A DNA stretch of 64,000 bases, from positions 1,755 to 65,754 of the forward strand of contig JAFGFW010000026.1 in assembly GCA_016930875.1 (NCBI GenBank), in the 5' to 3' direction. Below the pieces are notes generated by a model, which was not told where the DNA came from, ran no database searches, and was given only the letters and a program-made list of their open reading frames with translations. Source of the stretch: Deltaproteobacteria bacterium. Lineage in GTDB: Bacteria; Desulfobacterota; Desulfobacteria; Desulfobacterales; C00003060. Both the position numbers and the translations under genes were made by a program. How positions within the stretch are numbered: position 1 is the stretch's first letter; each line of letters starts with the position of its first letter. This document shows positions 43,985 to 54,351 of this stretch, one piece after another.

Positions 43985-45025
43985 CTATAGAGGAAACGGA
44001 ACATGATCCAAACCCGCTGTTTCAGGGAATCCCAGCATTATGTTCATGTTCTGCACCGCCTGGCCGGAGGCCCCCTTTACGAGGTTGTCTATAGCTGACA
44101 CCATGATCAATCGTCTCGTGTGCTGGGCCACCTTGAACCCGATGTCGCAGTAGTTTGTCCCTCTCACGTGCGTGGTGTTCGGAAATCCGCCAGGTCGACA
44201 AAGGCGGACAAAAGGCTTGTTTGCATAAAATGAATCAAGGCATGATGCGACGTCTTCGGTAGACACAGGCTTTTTCAGGCCTATATAAATCGTGGTTAGC
44301 ATCCCCCGCGTCATAGGGACCAAGTGGGGTGTGAAGGTGATGCGGACAGCACGTCCGGAAAAAAGGCTCAATATCTCGTCCATTTCCGGGTTGTGGCGAT
44401 GTTCGGCCACCTTGTACGCCTTAAAGCCCTCATTGACTTCACAAAAAAGGGAGGCAAGGCTCACCGACCGTCCCGCGCCACTTGCGCCCGACTTGGAATC
44501 CGCGACCATGTTGTGCAAGTCCACAAAAGGCGCCTTCACCAGAGGAAGCAACGGAAGAAGGACGCTGGTGGGATAACAACCGGGGTTTCCCACAAGTGAG
44601 GCGTTGCGAATACGATCACCGTAGATCTCGGCAAGCCCGTACACAGCCGACTTAAGCAAGTCCTTTGCCTGATGAGGTTCATACCATGCCTCATAAATCG
44701 CAGGGTCCTTAAACCTGAAATCTGCGCTAAGATCAATGACCTTCTTGCCTTGATCAATGAGACCTGGCACGATACCCATTGACGCTTTGTGAGGCAGCGC
44801 GGTAAAGATCACGTCTGCCCCTTGAGACACAGCATTTTCCGAGAAAGCCTGGCACCTCAAATTCACAATTCCAGCCATGGCCGGATATATATCCGAAAAA
44901 AGAGCGCCCGCATACTGGCGAGAAGTAATCATGGTCAATTCTGAAAGAGGATGACCTGACAAAATCCTTACTAGCTCAGCCCCAGCATAGCCGGTTGCTC
45001 CGATAACTGCTGTCCTGACAGGCAT
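43985..45025 (-). CDS. argC: N-acetyl-gamma-glutamyl-phosphate reductase
   Basis: 346 aa; VIGATGYAGAELVRIL N-terminus and active-site GNPGCYPTS. Confidence 0.9.
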   Translation of the reverse strand: MPVRTAVIGATGYAGAELVRILSGHPLSELTMITSRQYAGALFSDIYPAMAGIVNLRCQAFSENAVSQGADVIFTALPHKASMGIVPGLIDQGKKVIDLSADFRFKDPAIYEAWYEPHQAKDLLKSAVYGLAEIYGDRIRNASLVGNPGCYPTSVLLPLLPLVKAPFVDLHNMVADSKSGASGAGRSVSLASLFCEVNEGFKAYKVAEHRHNPEMDEILSLFSGRAVRITFTPHLVPMTRGMLTTIYIGLKKPVSTEDVASCLDSFYANKPFVRLCRPGGFPNTTHVRGTNYCDIGFKVAQHTRRLIMVSAIDNLVKGASGQAVQNMNIMLGFPETAGLDHVPFPL

Positions 45026-45248
45026 GTTACCCCTCCGAAAGACCTGGTGTGTTTACACCCGGATTCCTTGACACGTCTGCTCTGGATCAAAGATCAAAAT
45101 CGCAGCCATGTCAAACTAAAACATGATTTTGAACGTACCAGACAAAGGAGGCGACCTCTAGGAAGCCTGTCTGCGGGGAATGAGAAGGTATGAAGGGAGA
45201 AAACGACCGGGAAAGAAAAACAATGACTGAACACGAGTCTCTCTTGGG

Positions 45249-45473
45249 CTACCTGCCGCTGAAGCGGTATGTAATCCTTCCTCGCGACAGGTCATATGGT
45301 GAAAGCTCAACGGTGACCGTGTCCCCTGGCAGGATCTTTATTGAATATTTCCGCATCTTTCCACAAGGATGCGCAAGTATCCGATGTTTGTTTTCCAGTT
45401 CCACCCTGTAGGTGCCGTGGGACATGTCCTGAATGACTTTACCGCGTACTTCAATTGCTTCTTCTTTGGCCAC
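45249..45473 (-). CDS. infA: translation initiation factor IF-1
   Basis: S1-like fold with ...[36 protein letters not shown]; start set at GTG 45473 giving canonical MAKEE N-terminus (GGGGGTG upstream). Confidence 0.9.
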   Translation of the reverse strand: MAKEEAIEVRGKVIQDMSHGTYRVELENKHRILAHPCGKMRKYSIKILPGDTVTVELSPYDLSRGRITYRFSGR

Positions 45474-45563
45474 AATCAATTCACCCCCTTTTGTCGGGCA
45501 TAGGCATAATTCCAGGAAACTCCCGCTATTTCAAGCGGCTGCGCAATTCCTCAATACATGGAA

Positions 45564-45953
45564 CTAACGTTTTGAATACTGGAAGTGGGCCCTAGCCCCT
45601 TTTTGACCGTATTTCTTCCTTTCTTTGATCCTGGGATCGCGGGTCACAAAGCCTGCTTTCTTCAAGACCAGTCTGAATTCCGGTTTGACCTTAAGCAAAG
45701 CCTTGGTGATGCCATGCCGAATGGCAGCAGCCTGTCCGGACATACCACCACCAGAAACATTGACGTTCACGTCAAAGCTCCCGTATGTATCAGTCAGCAC
45801 AAGAGGCTGTTCCACGATCATCTTGGCGGTCTCTCTGCCAAAATAATCATCAATCAGCCGCCTATTAATGGTTATGGTCCCGGTTCCAGGTTTCAGCCAT
45901 GTTCTGGCTATGGCGGTTTTGCGTTTTCCCGTTCCGTAATAGGATTCGGCCAT
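45564..45953 (-). CDS. rpsI: 30S ribosomal protein S9
   Basis: 129 aa; [14 protein letters not shown] and C-terminal [18 protein letters not shown]. Confidence 0.95.
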   Translation of the reverse strand: MAESYYGTGKRKTAIARTWLKPGTGTITINRRLIDDYFGRETAKMIVEQPLVLTDTYGSFDVNVNVSGGGMSGQAAAIRHGITKALLKVKPEFRLVLKKAGFVTRDPRIKERKKYGQKGARAHFQYSKR

Positions 45954-45969
45954 GAATGACTCCTACACC

Positions 45970-46398
45970 TTACATCTGTATTTGTTCTGGTTGCTGCGCC
46001 GTATGCGGATGGTCCGAGCCAGCGTAAACCTTCAGCTTTCTCAACATCTGGCGCCCAAGTCTGTTTTTGGGAAGCATCCCACGAACCGCGTAGACGATCA
46101 AATCCCCAGGGCGCTTCTGCAAAAGCTGATTGGCAGTCGTAGATTTGAGCCCCCCCATGTAACCGCTGTGGCGATAGTAGACCTTCTGGTCCCACTTCCT
46201 GCCGGTGAGAGCGACCTTGGCGGCGTTGACCACTATGACGTGGTCTCCGGTATCTACATGGGGCGTATAGATGGGCTTGTGCTTTCCCCGGAGGCGAGTG
46301 GCAATGAAGCTTGCCAGACGCCCTAATACTTGCCCCTTGGCATCAACAACGTACCATTTTCTGTCCACTTCCTTGGACTTTGCGCTGTAAGTTTTCAT
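45970..46398 (-). CDS. rplM: 50S ribosomal protein L13
   Basis: start set at MKTYSAK...[16 protein letters not shown] (ATG 46398; adjacent ATG at 46401 also possible); track ORF has a 47-codon non-homologous extension. Confidence 0.95.
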   Translation of the reverse strand: MKTYSAKSKEVDRKWYVVDAKGQVLGRLASFIATRLRGKHKPIYTPHVDTGDHVIVVNAAKVALTGRKWDQKVYYRHSGYMGGLKSTTANQLLQKRPGDLIVYAVRGMLPKNRLGRQMLRKLKVYAGSDHPHTAQQPEQIQM

Positions 46399-46620
46399 CA
46401 TCGGATCTTTCTTCTTCCTACTCTCGAAAGCTTGAAAATTTATTTTTTTAATCCCGCTGTCTTGCAATGTCAAGAGAAAAAATAAGGTCCAGCCCTCAAA
46501 TTGCTTGACAAAAGCCCTCTGTTTTTGTACTGGATTCAATCACAATAAGCTAAGTCCAACGTTCCGGGCAAGTCCTAGATACGCGTCTGCGCTTAAACCT
46601 AGACAAGAAAGGAGAGATCT

Positions 46621-47295
46621 ATGAACATTTTGACCTTTGGACCAAACGGTAGTGGCAAGGGAACCCAGGGAGCCATCGTGAAGGAGAAATATAACCTGCC
46701 CCACATTGAATCGGGTGCGATATTCCGTGATAATATCGGGAAAGGCACGGAAATCGGCGTCAAGGCCAAAGAGTATATTGACCGCGGGGAATTGGTGCCG
46801 GATGAGATCACCATCCCGATGATTCTTGACCGTCTAAAACAAGACGACTGCAAGAATGGATGGCTTCTGGATGGGTTTCCCAGAAACAAGGAGCAGGCTA
46901 TAAAGCTGGATGAAGCCCTCAAAGCCGCCAGCTTGGACCTGGACGTAATAATCGAAGTAATTCTGGATCGAGAAATCGCCAAGGACCGCATTATGGGACG
47001 CAGGTTGTGCGTTAACGACAACAATCATCCTAACAACATTTTCATCGACGCCATAAAACCCGATGGCGACAAGTGCCGGGTGTGCGGTGGTGACCTGACA
47101 AGCCGGTCCGATGACCAGGACGAAGAGGCCATCAACAAACGTCACAGCATCTACTATGACACGGGAACCGGCACAATGGCCGCAGCCTATTATTTTAAAG
47201 ACATTGCCGAAAAAAACGAAAAGATTAAATATATTACACTTGATGGAGCGCCTGGCGTTAAGGAAGTGACAGCGGAGTTGATGTCAAAGCTCTAA
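46621..47295 (+). CDS. adk: adenylate kinase
   Basis: 224 aa; P-loop GPNGSGKGTQ, GFPRN, LID region with CRVCGG. Confidence 0.9.
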   Translation: MNILTFGPNGSGKGTQGAIVKEKYNLPHIESGAIFRDNIGKGTEIGVKAKEYIDRGELVPDEITIPMILDRLKQDDCKNGWLLDGFPRNKEQAIKLDEALKAASLDLDVIIEVILDREIAKDRIMGRRLCVNDNNHPNNIFIDAIKPDGDKCRVCGGDLTSRSDDQDEEAINKRHSIYYDTGTGTMAAAYYFKDIAEKNEKIKYITLDGAPGVKEVTAELMSKL

Positions 47296-47340
47296 GGTGC
47301 CTTAACAAATCATAGAATCGTTTTACGATTTTATTAAGTC

Positions 47341-47380
47341 ATGTGCCTGCCCGGAAGGGTCTGTTTCCAGGCAGGCACAT
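47341..47380 (+). terminator. terminator-like hairpin after adk
   Basis: ATGTGCCTGCC (47341-47351) pairs perfectly with GGCAGGCACAT (47370-47380), 18-nt loop; weak U-tract. Confidence 0.45.
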
Positions 47381-47544
47381 ATTACGGCTCATTTAATGCG
47401 TTTCCGCTCAAAAACCTCGCCAACTGCACGGCACAAAGTCACAACTAAAACATATTCTTGGTATTTCTCGCAATTACGTCTCGCGTGAGTGGCTCCTCAA
47501 CATCCTGCAAGCTACTCAGAAATAATTTCAGGATCCCCAAAAAA

Positions 47545-47573
47545 TTGACATCTGGCCACCAGTTAGATATTAT
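47545..47573 (+). promoter_or_regulatory. sigma70-like promoter upstream of the HDOD kinase gene
   Basis: TTGACA (47545-47550), 17-nt spacer, TATTAT (47568-47573), about 60 nt before ATG 47635. Confidence 0.45.
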
Positions 47574-47634
47574 TAATGGTTAGATTTGTATCACTGCACA
47601 AAAAAACCTTGGATTGGCGGGATTGTTGTAGAAA

Positions 47635-49833
47635 ATGAAACCGCGTACAGACCGGCTTTTCGATAGAATCAGGACATCCAAGAACCTCCCCACGCTTCCC
47701 CATATTCTGCTAAGGCTTGTTGAAGCCTGCAATAGCCAGGGATGTACAATTAAGGATATTTCCCGGATAATTGATAAAGATCCTTCGTTGTGCGCCAAGG
47801 TCATGAGAATGGTCAACTCTTCTCATTATGGTCTAGCGAGTAGAGTGACCAACATAGAACAGGCCTTGCTCTTGCTGGGCACGGATGCCATCAAGAATGT
47901 GGCCATAAGCGCCGCCGTCTTCCAGGTTTTTGGCAAAGCTAAGGGCAACGGCGCCTTCAAGCTGAAGCAGTTCTGGCACCACTCTCTGCTGTGTGCCATC
48001 ATAGCCGAGTTGATCGCCAAAAAGACCTCGCACGGCTCCCCTGAAGAGGCGTTCTTGGCCGGACTCCTTCACGACATAGGAAAGTTGGTTTTGTTCGTCA
48101 ACTTCCCCGCTGAGTATACTAACATATTGAAATCATGTAATAATAAGGCCGACTTACCCCAGGTCGAGGAAACGCATCTTGGGGCCACGCACGCAGAGGT
48201 AGGGGCATGGATGATCGAGAAGTGGCACCTGCAATCGTTTATGGCCGATGCGGTTCTTTACCATCATGAACCAGTGGCCAGAATCCTTGACGCTCTGCCG
48301 CTGGTCAAGATTGTCTTCGTGGCCAATGCCCTGAGCAGAGATCCTGTTGATCAGGACGACCTCACATTCAAGATCGCCCAGGAGGTTTTTGGATTTTCCC
48401 GCTCCGATGTTGAAGATCTTTTGGCGCAGGGCAAAGATCAGGTTGAGCAAATAGCGCAGTCATTGGGCATGGAAATTGAGTCGCCTGAAGTTCCCCAATC
48501 CCCTCTTTCTGACAATGCTCATCAAAAGGAACTTGGCTTGGTTCGCAGTGTAAGGGACGCTTCCCTGCTTCAAGGCACCCTTCGGAACCTTTTGGAAGCC
48601 GGCGAGCAAAAATCGATCCTCGAAATTGTCAGCCAGGGCATCCAGGTTCTATTTGATGTGAACCGCATCCTATTTCTGCTCCACGACCACAAGAGAGATG
48701 CTCTGGTTGCCAAAGAGGGACTGGAATCAACGCAAGAAAATCTTGTCAAGGAATTGGTTATTTCTCTTCAAACAAAGAACTGTCTTCCGGTTCAATCCCT
48801 TAAACAGAGAATTCCTCTGGACTCCTTTGGCCATCTCAAAAAAGTGGATCTTGCGATTATTGACAATCAGATCATTCGATTGGTTCAAAGAGAAGGAATC
48901 CTGTGCCTCCCCATGATCGCCAATAAACAGGCTGTAGGAGTAATACTGCTGGGCATCGGGCAGGCCAGGGGGGCCAGTTTGTGCAAACAGATAAACCTTT
49001 TGACCATGCTTGCCAACCAAGCAGCCCTGGCCCTTCATGCCGATAACATGAGACAGGCTCAATCAAGACTGGTTCAGTCCGAGCGTTTGGCAGCAGCTTC
49101 GGCCATTGCCAGGAAAGTGGCTCACGAGGTGAACAACCCCTTGGGAATCATTAAGAACTACATCAAGATTCTCGGACTGAAATTGTCTGGTGAAGATCCT
49201 GCTCAGGAGGAACTAAAGATCATCAGCGAGGAGCTCGATCGTGTGGCTCTCATCGTTGATAGACTATCTGATTTTTCCGAACCCGAAGCCAGGCAGACCG
49301 AACCTGTAAACGTAAATGCACTTCTGTCCGACCTTGTCAAAATCACACGCGAACCCTTCATGTTGGACGCCAAGATAAATGTCCATCTCGAGCTGGAGCC
49401 TTCCTTGCCGACCATTCATTCGGAAAAAAACGCCCTAAAGCAGGTCTTCATTAACCTTGTGAAGAATGCCGTGGAAGCGATGCCCCGGGGAGGGAACCTT
49501 TACATCGTTACGGAGTGCGCCCCAAAGACATTGGGGGAACAATCACAGGAAGGCCTGCAAGACGCTTTTGACTCTGTGGATATAAGTATCCGGGACGAAG
49601 GACACGGGATTCCCGACACTATAAGGTCGCGGCTCTTCGAACCCTTCGTTACCTCAAAAAAGGGCGAACACGCCGGGCTCGGTTTGTCCGTTGCGTACAA
49701 TATTATTAAAGAATTGAATGGCGCCATTACTTGCGAAAGCAGCGATAAGACCGGAACAACCTTTAGGATTATTCTGCCGATCAGAAAAGAACATAGGATA
49801 ACCGGTGGAGGTAAGGATGGCCTACACACCTGA
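47635..49833 (+). CDS. HDOD domain - GAF-like - histidine kinase
   Basis: 732 aa; HDOD region (LPTLPHILLRL...SSHYGL...HDIGKLVL), central GAF-like segment, H-box VAHEVNNPLGII, HATPase GLGLSVAYNII; no TM segments seen. Confidence 0.8.
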   Translation: MKPRTDRLFDRIRTSKNLPTLPHILLRLVEACNSQGCTIKDISRIIDKDPSLCAKVMRMVNSSHYGLASRVTNIEQALLLLGTDAIKNVAISAAVFQVFGKAKGNGAFKLKQFWHHSLLCAIIAELIAKKTSHGSPEEAFLAGLLHDIGKLVLFVNFPAEYTNILKSCNNKADLPQVEETHLGATHAEVGAWMIEKWHLQSFMADAVLYHHEPVARILDALPLVKIVFVANALSRDPVDQDDLTFKIAQEVFGFSRSDVEDLLAQGKDQVEQIAQSLGMEIESPEVPQSPLSDNAHQKELGLVRSVRDASLLQGTLRNLLEAGEQKSILEIVSQGIQVLFDVNRILFLLHDHKRDALVAKEGLESTQENLVKELVISLQTKNCLPVQSLKQRIPLDSFGHLKKVDLAIIDNQIIRLVQREGILCLPMIANKQAVGVILLGIGQARGASLCKQINLLTMLANQAALALHADNMRQAQSRLVQSERLAAASAIARKVAHEVNNPLGIIKNYIKILGLKLSGEDPAQEELKIISEELDRVALIVDRLSDFSEPEARQTEPVNVNALLSDLVKITREPFMLDAKINVHLELEPSLPTIHSEKNALKQVFINLVKNAVEAMPRGGNLYIVTECAPKTLGEQSQEGLQDAFDSVDISIRDEGHGIPDTIRSRLFEPFVTSKKGEHAGLGLSVAYNIIKELNGAITCESSDKTGTTFRIILPIRKEHRITGGGKDGLHT

Positions 49834-51727
49834 GATTCTGATAGTCGACGACGAACCTCGTATGTGCGACAGCCTGAAGATCCTCTTAGGCAATGAGGGT
49901 TATAAGACCAAAACAGCGTACAGCGGCCAACAAGCCCTGCAATGCCTTGTCAAGCAACATATTGACCTTGTCCTTCTGGACATAGTTATGCCTGACATGA
50001 ATGGCCTCGAGGTCATGGACCTTATCAACAAACAAAAGCTGGATACGCTCGTAATCGTCATCACTGGTCATGCCTCTGTGGACTCGGCAGTTGGATCTTT
50101 GAGAAAAGGGGCCTACGACTATCTCAGAAAGCCATTTGAGTTTGACCAATTACTCAAAAGGGTAAAAAATGCCCTGGACCAGAAAAGACTCAAGAAGGAA
50201 TATGAGATTATTAACGGAAAGCTAGAGTTATCAGAAAAGCGATATCAATGTCTCGTCAATAATTCGCCGGACATCATTTACACCTTGGGACTGGACGGCT
50301 CCTTCACCTATGTCAATCCTGCATGGGAAAGGGTCTTGGGACACAAGACCGATGAAGTACTAGGCAAGCGTTTTGCGGACTTTGCCGGAAAAGAGGCTCC
50401 TGGCCATTGTCTCCGGCTCTTCAGGCGGGTGGAAGACGAGTATGAGACTATCAGAGACGCATCCTGCGAGCTGATACACAAAGACGGATCTTCCCGTCTC
50501 TTTGGCATGAGCGCCGCCCCCAATCTGGATTCACATGGAAACGTCACCGGGACAGTGGGAGCCTTGAAAGACGTCACCGAGCAACGGAAATTGGAAACCC
50601 AGCTTGCGCAAACACAGAAGATCCAAGCAGTCGGAACCCTTGCCGGAGGTATTGCTCATGACTTCAACAACCTACTCATGGGTATTCAGGGGCGAACTTC
50701 TTTGATGCTTCTAAACATCAGTTCTGACCACCCACACTTCGAACATCTTAAGGGCATTGAGAGTATAGTCGAAAGCGGCGCCAGTCTTACCAAGCAACTG
50801 TTGGGTTTTGCAAGGGGCGGGAAATATGAAGCCAAACCAACCAATCTGAACGAGTTGATCGACAATAGCGCCCAGATGTTTGGCAGGACCAAGAAAGAGA
50901 TAGTGATTCATACGAGCTACCAGAAAGATATCTGGACATCAGAAGTGGACCGGGGCCAGATAGAGCAGGTAATGGTAAACCTTTTCGTCAATTCATGGCA
51001 CGCAATGCCTGGAGGGGGGAGGTTATACATTCAAACCAAGAATGTTCCGCTCCAGGGGGAGGATGTCAGACCCTTTGGCGCCAAGCCGGGCAATTATGTG
51101 AAGATATCTGTTAGAGACACAGGCACAGGCATGGATGAGGCCACTAGAAGCAGGGTGTTTGAGCCGTTCTTTACCACAAAGGAAATGGGCAGAGGCACGG
51201 GCCTTGGACTTGCTTCAGCCTATGGTATCATCAAGAATCATGCCGGTATCATTGCTGTTGACAGCAAAAAGGGGGAAGGAACGACCTTTGACATTTATCT
51301 CCCCGTCTCGGAAAAGGAGATCCCGGAACAACCTGACCTTCCCGTTTCCCTCATGCGAGGAACCGAGTCTGTGCTTCTTGTGGATGACGAAGACATCATC
51401 ATTGACATTGGCCAGGAAATCCTGGAAGAAATGGGTTATGAGGTGTTTCTGGCAAGATCCGGCAAAGAAGCGGTAGAGGTCTATGAAAAAAACAAGGGGA
51501 AAATCGATATGGTCATTCTCGATATGATCATGCCGGACATGGGGGGCGGTGAGGCCTACGACAAAATGAAAGAGATCCAACCTCAAGTCAAAGTCCTTCT
51601 ATCAAGCGGCTATAGCGTGGAAGGTGAGGCAAGTGAGATACTGGCTCGGGGTTGTGACGGGTTTATTCAAAAACCTTTTTCCGCAACACAGCTCTCCCAT
51701 ACCATACGACAGGTCCTAAGCGGTTGA
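49817..51727 (+). CDS. hybrid histidine kinase (receiver - PAS - HisKA - HATPase - receiver)
   Basis: ATG 49817 with GGAGG upstream; receivers ILIVDDEP...LLDIVMPDMNG and VLLVDDED...ILDMIMPDMGG; H-box IAHDFNNLLMGI; GTGLGLASAYGII; overlaps the upstream kinase gene by 17 nt. Confidence 0.85.
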   Translation: MAYTPEILIVDDEPRMCDSLKILLGNEGYKTKTAYSGQQALQCLVKQHIDLVLLDIVMPDMNGLEVMDLINKQKLDTLVIVITGHASVDSAVGSLRKGAYDYLRKPFEFDQLLKRVKNALDQKRLKKEYEIINGKLELSEKRYQCLVNNSPDIIYTLGLDGSFTYVNPAWERVLGHKTDEVLGKRFADFAGKEAPGHCLRLFRRVEDEYETIRDASCELIHKDGSSRLFGMSAAPNLDSHGNVTGTVGALKDVTEQRKLETQLAQTQKIQAVGTLAGGIAHDFNNLLMGIQGRTSLMLLNISSDHPHFEHLKGIESIVESGASLTKQLLGFARGGKYEAKPTNLNELIDNSAQMFGRTKKEIVIHTSYQKDIWTSEVDRGQIEQVMVNLFVNSWHAMPGGGRLYIQTKNVPLQGEDVRPFGAKPGNYVKISVRDTGTGMDEATRSRVFEPFFTTKEMGRGTGLGLASAYGIIKNHAGIIAVDSKKGEGTTFDIYLPVSEKEIPEQPDLPVSLMRGTESVLLVDDEDIIIDIGQEILEEMGYEVFLARSGKEAVEVYEKNKGKIDMVILDMIMPDMGGGEAYDKMKEIQPQVKVLLSSGYSVEGEASEILARGCDGFIQKPFSATQLSHTIRQVLSG

Positions 51728-51739
51728 CCAATGCTTGAA

Positions 51740-53164
51740 CTAGTCTGCCAGCTCTGACGTATCCTCCAGCCCAGCGTCCTTCTCCTGATAATCGACCAGA
51801 TGCCTGTGCATTTTCACGTGCGGCGTGTAGCGTTTGGCCACCTCCATGGTGTTTCCCACATTGAGCTGATCAAAGAGAAAGCCAAACTTCTCTTCAAGGC
51901 TGGTTCGAATGGCGCTTCGCACATCTTCTGGCAACCCCCAGAGTTCTGCCTTAAAAGGTCCTAAGCCCTTCTTGCGTGTCTTATAGATGAACTGTTCTTC
52001 TGTCTGGCCCTCTTTACGTTCTTTTGCATGAGCAGTCTTGATGTGATCATAGATGCGTTGGCGAAGTTCGGCCGGAAACGCTTCATGGTCGTATACGATA
52101 TTCTGAAACCCGGTAGCCAGGTGCACCTCTGTCGCCTCGTTTTGCACAAACTGGTTAAATGCCTCGTCAGGCAGCGTCGATGCCCCGTGCTGGACGGCCC
52201 CGCCCATCCCGTAGGCATCGCGGGCCACCTTTGACAATTCCTTGATCACATTGAAATCGATCTTGACCTGGGCCAGGGTCCCGTCAGGCAGGGGCACGCC
52301 GCCATGGCTCGTGCCGGTCTGGATACTGATCTTTGAAAGCCCAACCATTCCTTTGGGCAGACTCCGTTTGTAGCCGTCCATGTAGGCCCGCAATTCGGTC
52401 TCGTCGCTGTTCTTTTCGCCTATCTCGCCGATCTCCCCACCTACTGAGACGGTAACCCCTTCAGGCTCTCTCTCACGAATCAAGGTTGTCAGCTTTGCGC
52501 AAACCTCATAGTTATTTCGCTGTTGCTCATCTACCGTCGAATAACTCAAATCTACCAAGGTGGATGTATCTATATCAATATTGTAGAATCCAGCCCTAAT
52601 GGCTTCTGCCGCCAGGTCGGCCACAGCATTGAACTCGGCATCCGGATCGGCTTTAAACTTCTTTGCATTCATCTGAAAGTGGTCCCCCTGAACAAAGAGA
52701 GGCCCTCGATAACCTTCCTTGATGGCCGCTGCCATAACCACACTTAGATATTCGGCCGGTCGCTGGTCAGTGTAGCCAATCTCAGAGCGGGCGATCTCAA
52801 AAATCAGCGCCCCGACGTTGCGTTGAAGGGCGGCCCTGAAGACGGCACAGGCGCTGTCATAGGCCATGGCGCGCAGGTTGATGGCCGGCACCGTGAAATC
52901 GCAGGGGACCTCACCACGCCCCCGGGCCATATAAAGCTCATTGATAGATGCCGGATAGATGCCCAAGGCCTGCCCCAGCTCCCACATGAGCCACCTGGCA
53001 ACGGCCTGTTGTCCGGGTTCTCCAAAGGCCGCCTTGTTGGCCAGGATGTCTATGGGGACGCCACGGAGTTTCTTTTCATCTTGAACCGACATATTCCCGT
53101 CAGCATCTAAGGTCACCGAGCCTTCCAGTTCAGCCAGCAAAGTCTGCAATACTTGAGCGCTCAT
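51740..53164 (-). CDS. class II fructose-bisphosphate aldolase family protein (long form)
   Basis: 474 aa; FVQGDHFQ, QTGTSHGG and VQHGASTLP correspond to the metal/phosphate-binding motifs of class II aldolases; AGGAGG SD. Confidence 0.7.
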   Translation of the reverse strand: MSAQVLQTLLAELEGSVTLDADGNMSVQDEKKLRGVPIDILANKAAFGEPGQQAVARWLMWELGQALGIYPASINELYMARGRGEVPCDFTVPAINLRAMAYDSACAVFRAALQRNVGALIFEIARSEIGYTDQRPAEYLSVVMAAAIKEGYRGPLFVQGDHFQMNAKKFKADPDAEFNAVADLAAEAIRAGFYNIDIDTSTLVDLSYSTVDEQQRNNYEVCAKLTTLIREREPEGVTVSVGGEIGEIGEKNSDETELRAYMDGYKRSLPKGMVGLSKISIQTGTSHGGVPLPDGTLAQVKIDFNVIKELSKVARDAYGMGGAVQHGASTLPDEAFNQFVQNEATEVHLATGFQNIVYDHEAFPAELRQRIYDHIKTAHAKERKEGQTEEQFIYKTRKKGLGPFKAELWGLPEDVRSAIRTSLEEKFGFLFDQLNVGNTMEVAKRYTPHVKMHRHLVDYQEKDAGLEDTSELAD

Positions 53165-53364
53165 TGGTTTCCTCCTTCTGTGTTTGTTTACTCGATTACT
53201 TCTAATATCAACTTATGAACAGATAGGCAAGCCTGCGGTGGCAGAATTACAAGGTGACGTCAAAGTCGATCGAGTTTCGAATTTTCCAACATTCAGCGAA
53301 AAAATCCACAACTTCATGGGGTTGCTTGTTCATATGACAGAGCCCTGGGACATAATCAGGAGTA

Positions 53365-54336
53365 TCAGCCCCTGATTTGTACTTTAAGGAAAAGATCCCC
53401 CTTGGCCCCTTCCGGCATCTGTCGCCCCATCCCTCTCAAGCGGAGCCTGCTTCCTTCTGAAACGCCTGGCGGCACGGTCAACAAAAAAGTCTTCTTCTTG
53501 AAACCCTGGGCGATGTTCACCAATTTGCGCGCTCCAAAAAGGGCTTCGCGCTCGCTCACAGAGATAACCGCGTGCAAATTTGGGTCATTTCCAACACCGG
53601 CAGGACGGATCACCTGGAGACGAGGGGTTGACCGTTTTTTTGTAAGATCCCGAAACCTCTTGCCCGCTCCGAATTCCGGCAGGATCTCAAAAAGCTTCAA
53701 AAAAATGACGCCAAAAACAAAGCCCCCAATATGGGCCCACCAGGCAATGCCCCCTGCCTGGGCTGAGGCGCCAGTGGCGCTCAAGAACTGAATCAAGAGC
53801 CAGATGCCGAGAAAAAGAAACGCGGGGAGTTCCACAAAATGGAAAAAGATAAAAATCGGCACAAGAGTCAGCACCTTGGCTCTCGGATAGAGTATGAAGT
53901 ATGCGCCCATAACACCCGCGATGGCGCCGCTGGCTCCAATAGTAGGTATCTCGGAATGCCAGTTGAGAGCCAGATGTGAGGTCCCCGAAGCCAATCCGCA
54001 CAGCAGATAAAAGGCGAGGTATCGAAAGTGCCCGAGCCTGTCTTCCACGTTGTCCCCGAAGATATAAAGGAACCACATGTTGCCCAGCAAGTGAAGAAAA
54101 CCGCCGTGCAAAAACAAAAACGTGAGAAAAGCCACAACCTGCTGCCCGGTGGTGAAGTATGCTGAGATCTCGGAGACAGAATATCGGGCCGGGACAAGAC
54201 CGTAAACGTAGATAAACTCATTGAGTCTTTGCCCTTGGGACAGCTCTGTGAAAAAAACCAGGACATTGATCGCAATAATGAGACTGTTGACGACTGGATA
54301 GGTCTCTGACCGGATGGTGTCTCGAATAGGGATCAT
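53365..54336 (-). CDS. rhomboid family intramembrane serine protease with DnaJ-C-like C-terminal domain
   Basis: 323 aa; catalytic GASGAIAGVMG and HIGGFVFG, six TM helices; C-terminal tail resembles a DnaJ C-terminal beta-domain. Confidence 0.8.
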   Translation of the reverse strand: MIPIRDTIRSETYPVVNSLIIAINVLVFFTELSQGQRLNEFIYVYGLVPARYSVSEISAYFTTGQQVVAFLTFLFLHGGFLHLLGNMWFLYIFGDNVEDRLGHFRYLAFYLLCGLASGTSHLALNWHSEIPTIGASGAIAGVMGAYFILYPRAKVLTLVPIFIFFHFVELPAFLFLGIWLLIQFLSATGASAQAGGIAWWAHIGGFVFGVIFLKLFEILPEFGAGKRFRDLTKKRSTPRLQVIRPAGVGNDPNLHAVISVSEREALFGARKLVNIAQGFKKKTFLLTVPPGVSEGSRLRLRGMGRQMPEGAKGDLFLKVQIRG

Positions 54337-54351
54337 GGACTATTTCATATT

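Noticed and set aside
45190-45411. A 73-aa + strand ORF between argC and infA.
   Set aside because: It is mostly antisense to infA and has no SD. It is a shadow ORF.
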